NCBI GenBank assembly: GCA_030747395.1
Contig: JASLKT010000003.1
Location: 1 to 55,086 of the forward strand
Source of the DNA: Candidatus Thalassarchaeaceae archaeon
GTDB lineage: Archaea > Thermoplasmatota > Poseidoniia > Poseidoniales > Thalassarchaeaceae
Length of the DNA stretch: 55,086 nt
Direction: 5' to 3'
Below the pieces are notes generated by a model that was not told the DNA's origin, made no database searches, and was given only the letters and a program-made list of their open reading frames with translations. Both the position numbers and the translations under genes were made by a program. Numbering within the stretch: the stretch's first letter is position 1; every line of letters starts with the position of its first letter. Below are positions 51,893 to 55,086 of this stretch, in pieces.

Positions 51893-52798
51893 ATGACAAA
51901 GGGTGAAATCGTTCTTGGTTGCCTTGCGCCACACCCACCTCATTTGGTCTATGCTGAGAATCCCGATCAGAACGAGGCTAGCAGCGAAGGTGGCTGGGAG
52001 GCACTTAGGTGGGGATATGCCCGACTGGCACGGAAACTGAAAAATATCGAATATGATGCTCTCGTCATTCTAACCCCACATTGGCAGACATATATCGGCA
52101 CTCATTTCCTCGGTTGCGACTCTTTCAAATCACTCTCTGTGGATCCGATTTTTCCAAACCTATTCCGCTATCACTACGACCTCAAGGTCGATGTTGAACT
52201 ATCGGAGAGGATGTGCGAAATCGCTGACGAGGCAGGTATTATCACGAAGATGATGCGGAACCCGGATTTCCGTGTCGACTATGGCACCATCACATCATGC
52301 CATCTACTCAATCCTGATTGGGACAAGCCCATTGTTACAGTCAGCAGCAATCGAAATCGCCACTACTATTCGGTTGAGGTCATGAATGAACAAGCACAAG
52401 CGCTAGGTCGCGCTTGCCGAAAAGCGATTGAAGAAAGCGGGAAACGTGTTGTCTTAATCGCCAGCCACAGCCTATCACACCGGCATTTCACGACTGAAGC
52501 ACCACTACCCGAAGATATGAGTCGTGAACACATCTACAATCACAGCCAATACGTTTGGGACATGAAAGTCATCGACCTCATGCGAGATGGCAAGATGCAG
52601 GAGTTCATCGATTTGATGCCTGAATTCACTGAACAAACCATAGCGGAAACCGAAGGAGGTGGGCTCACTTGGATGATGGCTGCGATGGGAATGCCAAATT
52701 ATCCAGCAGAAATTTATGGCTACCAATCGGTGATCGGTACAGGCAATGTAGTCGCCTGCTGGGACCCCAACGATGAGACGCGGGAGTTGGTCCTTTGA
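51893..52798 (+). CDS. amnB: 2-aminophenol 1,6-dioxygenase beta (catalytic) subunit-like, LigB class III extradiol
   Basis: 'LAPHPPHLVYAENP.QNE..SEGGWE.LRWGY', 'PHW', 'SVDPIFPNLFRY', 'MMRNPDFRVDYGTIT', 'LSH', 'PEDMS', 'GY.SVIGTGN' match AmnB/CnbCb as I recall them. Confidence 0.88.
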   Translation: MTKGEIVLGCLAPHPPHLVYAENPDQNEASSEGGWEALRWGYARLARKLKNIEYDALVILTPHWQTYIGTHFLGCDSFKSLSVDPIFPNLFRYHYDLKVDVELSERMCEIADEAGIITKMMRNPDFRVDYGTITSCHLLNPDWDKPIVTVSSNRNRHYYSVEVMNEQAQALGRACRKAIEESGKRVVLIASHSLSHRHFTTEAPLPEDMSREHIYNHSQYVWDMKVIDLMRDGKMQEFIDLMPEFTEQTIAETEGGGLTWMMAAMGMPNYPAEIYGYQSVIGTGNVVACWDPNDETRELVL

Positions 52799-54372
52799 GT
52801 GATGACCCCGTACTATTCGGACTCTATGTCCCACCTCACCCACATCCATTGCTCGCTCCAGATCAAAACAAGGGTTGGGGACAACTTCGTGCAGCATATG
52901 ATGAATGTCGAAGGAGAATTGAAGAAAGTGAGGCGGATGTAATCATCGTCTATTCAACCACCTGGCCAAGTATCGTTGGACACCAATTCCAAGTGCAACC
53001 TGAACCCGAGTGGGTCCATGTCGACGACGATTTCCATTTCTTGGGTTCGATGCCCTACAAATTCAGGATGGATGTTGAATTTGGCAACGCTTACAGGGAT
53101 GCTGCGGAAGCAAGGGGATTGCACTCACGCACAGTCGCTTACCACGGATTCCCAATCGACACTGGGTCTGTTGTTGCACTGAGTCTTCTCAATCCAGGCA
53201 ACCGAATTCCTGCTTGCATCATTTCAAGCAACATGTATGCCAATCGTGCCGAAACCATCGTCCTGGGTAAAGCCGCTCGAGATGCGTTGAAAGCACAAGG
53301 AAAGAAGGCTGTCATCGTCGCTGTGTCCAGTCTTTCCAATCGTATGTTCACAAAACACGTTGAACCAGAAAACGATCGGATTCATTCCGCAAAAGATGAG
53401 GAATGGAATCAAAAGATTCTCGAATTCTTTGAAGATGGTCGATTGGAAGATCTCAGTCAACTAAGCCGAGATATTCACGGACAAATTCGGGTTCAGAAGG
53501 TTGTTGCATACAAACCCGCATGGTGGATGGCAGCGACCATGGGTCAACACAACAACTACGACGGTGAGGTGTTGGCTTATGCAGCCCTTCACGGCAGCGG
53601 TGGTGCAGTGATTCAACTCACACCGTCCAAGGGTTCAGTCGGTGACAAAGAATTCGATGAGGATGATGTTGAAGTCTATCGTGGTGATCGCAATGTTCTC
53701 GTCACCGGCTCTGGTGATATGCAGGCCCCCGGGGGCGTGGATGGCCCTTTAGTTGAGGCCGAAAGGCCAGAGGATGACGAATGGCGAAATCCAGTCGAAG
53801 TGATGGACGATTTGTATGACGAATACGGTTCAACGGTCATCTCTCATGCTACCGGTGCATTGAGTACGGCAGCAGGGGTGGCACTTGCAGGCCCGGTGGG
53901 CGGTGTTGCTGCATCGATTGTAGCCAAGAAAACCGTTGGAAAAATGATGAGTAAAGATGGTGCCATCATTGTTGAAGATGCCCCTGATGCAGTGGGTGCA
54001 TACCCCCATGCTCGCAGAATGGGAAATCTCCTCTTCATCTCAGGTGTTGGGCCACGGAATCCCGTCGACAACACAATTCCCGGAGGACCGATTGAAGATC
54101 AAGATGGCAATCCATTGGATTATGATATTGAGGCGCAAACCGAAGCTTGTATCGAAAATATTCGAATAATTCTTGAAGGCTGTGGAGCGAAATTGAGCAA
54201 TGTCGTCGATGTGACCACGTTCCTCGTCGATATGAAGCGTGATTTTGAGGGATACAACAAGGTCTATGCCAAACATTTCGAAGAAATTCAGGCGACGCGG
54301 ACCACATTGGCGATTCAGGCGCTACCAACGCCAATCGCCGTGGAAATGAAGGTTATCGCAAAAGCACCATAG
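52795..54372 (+). CDS. Fusion of aminophenol dioxygenase alpha subunit, linker and RidA/YjgF 2-aminomuconate deaminase-like domain
   Basis: N-terminal 'P.PLL.P.QN.GWGQL', 'YSTTW', 'GFPIDTG', 'DEEWN'; C-terminal 'APDAVGAYPHARR.GNLLFISGVGPR', 'TRTT', 'LPTPIAVEMKVIA'. TTG start overlaps the beta-subunit TGA. Confidence 0.85.
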   Translation: MSDDPVLFGLYVPPHPHPLLAPDQNKGWGQLRAAYDECRRRIEESEADVIIVYSTTWPSIVGHQFQVQPEPEWVHVDDDFHFLGSMPYKFRMDVEFGNAYRDAAEARGLHSRTVAYHGFPIDTGSVVALSLLNPGNRIPACIISSNMYANRAETIVLGKAARDALKAQGKKAVIVAVSSLSNRMFTKHVEPENDRIHSAKDEEWNQKILEFFEDGRLEDLSQLSRDIHGQIRVQKVVAYKPAWWMAATMGQHNNYDGEVLAYAALHGSGGAVIQLTPSKGSVGDKEFDEDDVEVYRGDRNVLVTGSGDMQAPGGVDGPLVEAERPEDDEWRNPVEVMDDLYDEYGSTVISHATGALSTAAGVALAGPVGGVAASIVAKKTVGKMMSKDGAIIVEDAPDAVGAYPHARRMGNLLFISGVGPRNPVDNTIPGGPIEDQDGNPLDYDIEAQTEACIENIRIILEGCGAKLSNVVDVTTFLVDMKRDFEGYNKVYAKHFEEIQATRTTLAIQALPTPIAVEMKVIAKAP

Positions 54373-54381
54373 TTTGGATAT

Positions 54382-54400
54382 TAAGATACGTAGTATCTTA
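54382..54400. promoter_or_regulatory. AT-rich palindrome (operator-like or terminator)
   Basis: TAAGATAC-GTA-GTATCTTA between the dioxygenase-RidA gene and the permease. Confidence 0.45.
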
Positions 54401-54425
54401 TGCTATACTCAGAGCCGATTGATTG

Positions 54426-55086
54426 ATGCAACCGATTAAACCATCCGCATTGATCGATTTTGTATACAAGCCAATCGAGTTGTTCAGTGACACGCTTGAG
54501 CGTAAACTCGGAGTGGTTTCAGTCGTCATTATCTCGCTATCTGCGATGTTAGGTTCAGGTCTGTTTGTCCTCCCTGCATTGGCAATGCTCGATATGGGTG
54601 GCCCCGGAATTTGGCTGGCCTATGTGGTGGCTGCCCTGGTTGTGTTGCCTGGTGCAATCTCAAAATCCGAATTGGCGACTGCGATGCCAACTTCCGGGGG
54701 TTCGTATGTCTACATCGAACGGACATTTGGGGCCTTGCTGGGAACCATTGCTGGATTGGGTCTGTGGGCGACATTTCTCCTCAAAGCAGCGTTTGCATTG
54801 ATTGGATTCAAGGCCTATCTTTGGGTCTTTGAAGACCTGATTGGAATTTCAATTAATGTTGAAATCGCAGCGTTGGCCCTACTGGTCGCTATTGTCGGTG
54901 TCAACATCATGGGGGTGGAGAAGATCAAGAAAGTGCAGGCCCCCATTGTCACAGGAGCAGTTGGGTTCCTTGTCATCATCTGTATCTGGGCAGTATTGAC
55001 AATGGAAATGGATTGGAGTCGTCCAACTGGGCCAGGAGCATATGGAGGTGGTTGGGAAGCGGTTGCAGGCACGGCAGCGTTTGTTT
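54426..55086 (+). CDS. APC-family amino-acid permease, truncated by window end
   Basis: Not in ORF track (no stop). Manual translation: LERKLGVVSVVIISLSAMLGSGLFVLP...SKSELATAMPTSGGSYVYIERTFG. Start ATG 54426 or TTG 54480. Confidence 0.88.
   Translation, partial: MQPIKPSALIDFVYKPIELFSDTLERKLGVVSVVIISLSAMLGSGLFVLPALAMLDMGGPGIWLAYVVAALVVLPGAISKSELATAMPTSGGSYVYIERTFGALLGTIAGLGLWATFLLKAAFALIGFKAYLWVFEDLIGISINVEIAALALLVAIVGVNIMGVEKIKKVQAPIVTGAVGFLVIICIWAVLTMEMDWSRPTGPGAYGGGWEAVAGTAAFV

Overview
Gene-dense chromosomal window from a heterotrophic archaeon, most likely Marine Group II Euryarchaeota (Ca. Poseidoniales). This is inferred from archaeal markers (membrane-anchored LonB, archaeal-type AspRS, Nob1-like PIN nuclease, UPF0147, KaiC/RAD55-like ATPases, FlaK/PibD-like peptidase, SAMP-like protein) mixed with bacterial-type gyrBA and metK and very large acidic secreted proteins. 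It carries about 45 CDS, tRNA-Glu(TTC) and tRNA-Ser(GCT). No integrase, transposase, CRISPR array or rRNA was seen. Main leads: (1) a catabolic cluster at 45.2-55 kb with a 2-aminophenol 1,6-dioxygenase whose alpha subunit is fused to a RidA deaminase, plus an aminomuconate-semialdehyde-type dehydrogenase, SDR, luciferase-like monooxygenase, asparaginase-II-like amidohydrolase and amino-acid permease; (2) a locus with a pilin-like lamin-tail protein, three KaiC-like proteins and a prepilin peptidase, which also holds an unannotated ~130-nt four-way-junction RNA-like structure and a 53-aa Cys-rich ORF missing from the ORF track; (3) an EF-hand motif on the GyrA tail and a perfect hairpin upstream of gyrB; (4) a membrane-anchored Smr-domain protein; (5) a glutaminyl cyclase with candidate N-terminal-Gln substrates. 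All product calls come from motif recognition by eye; no database searches were run.
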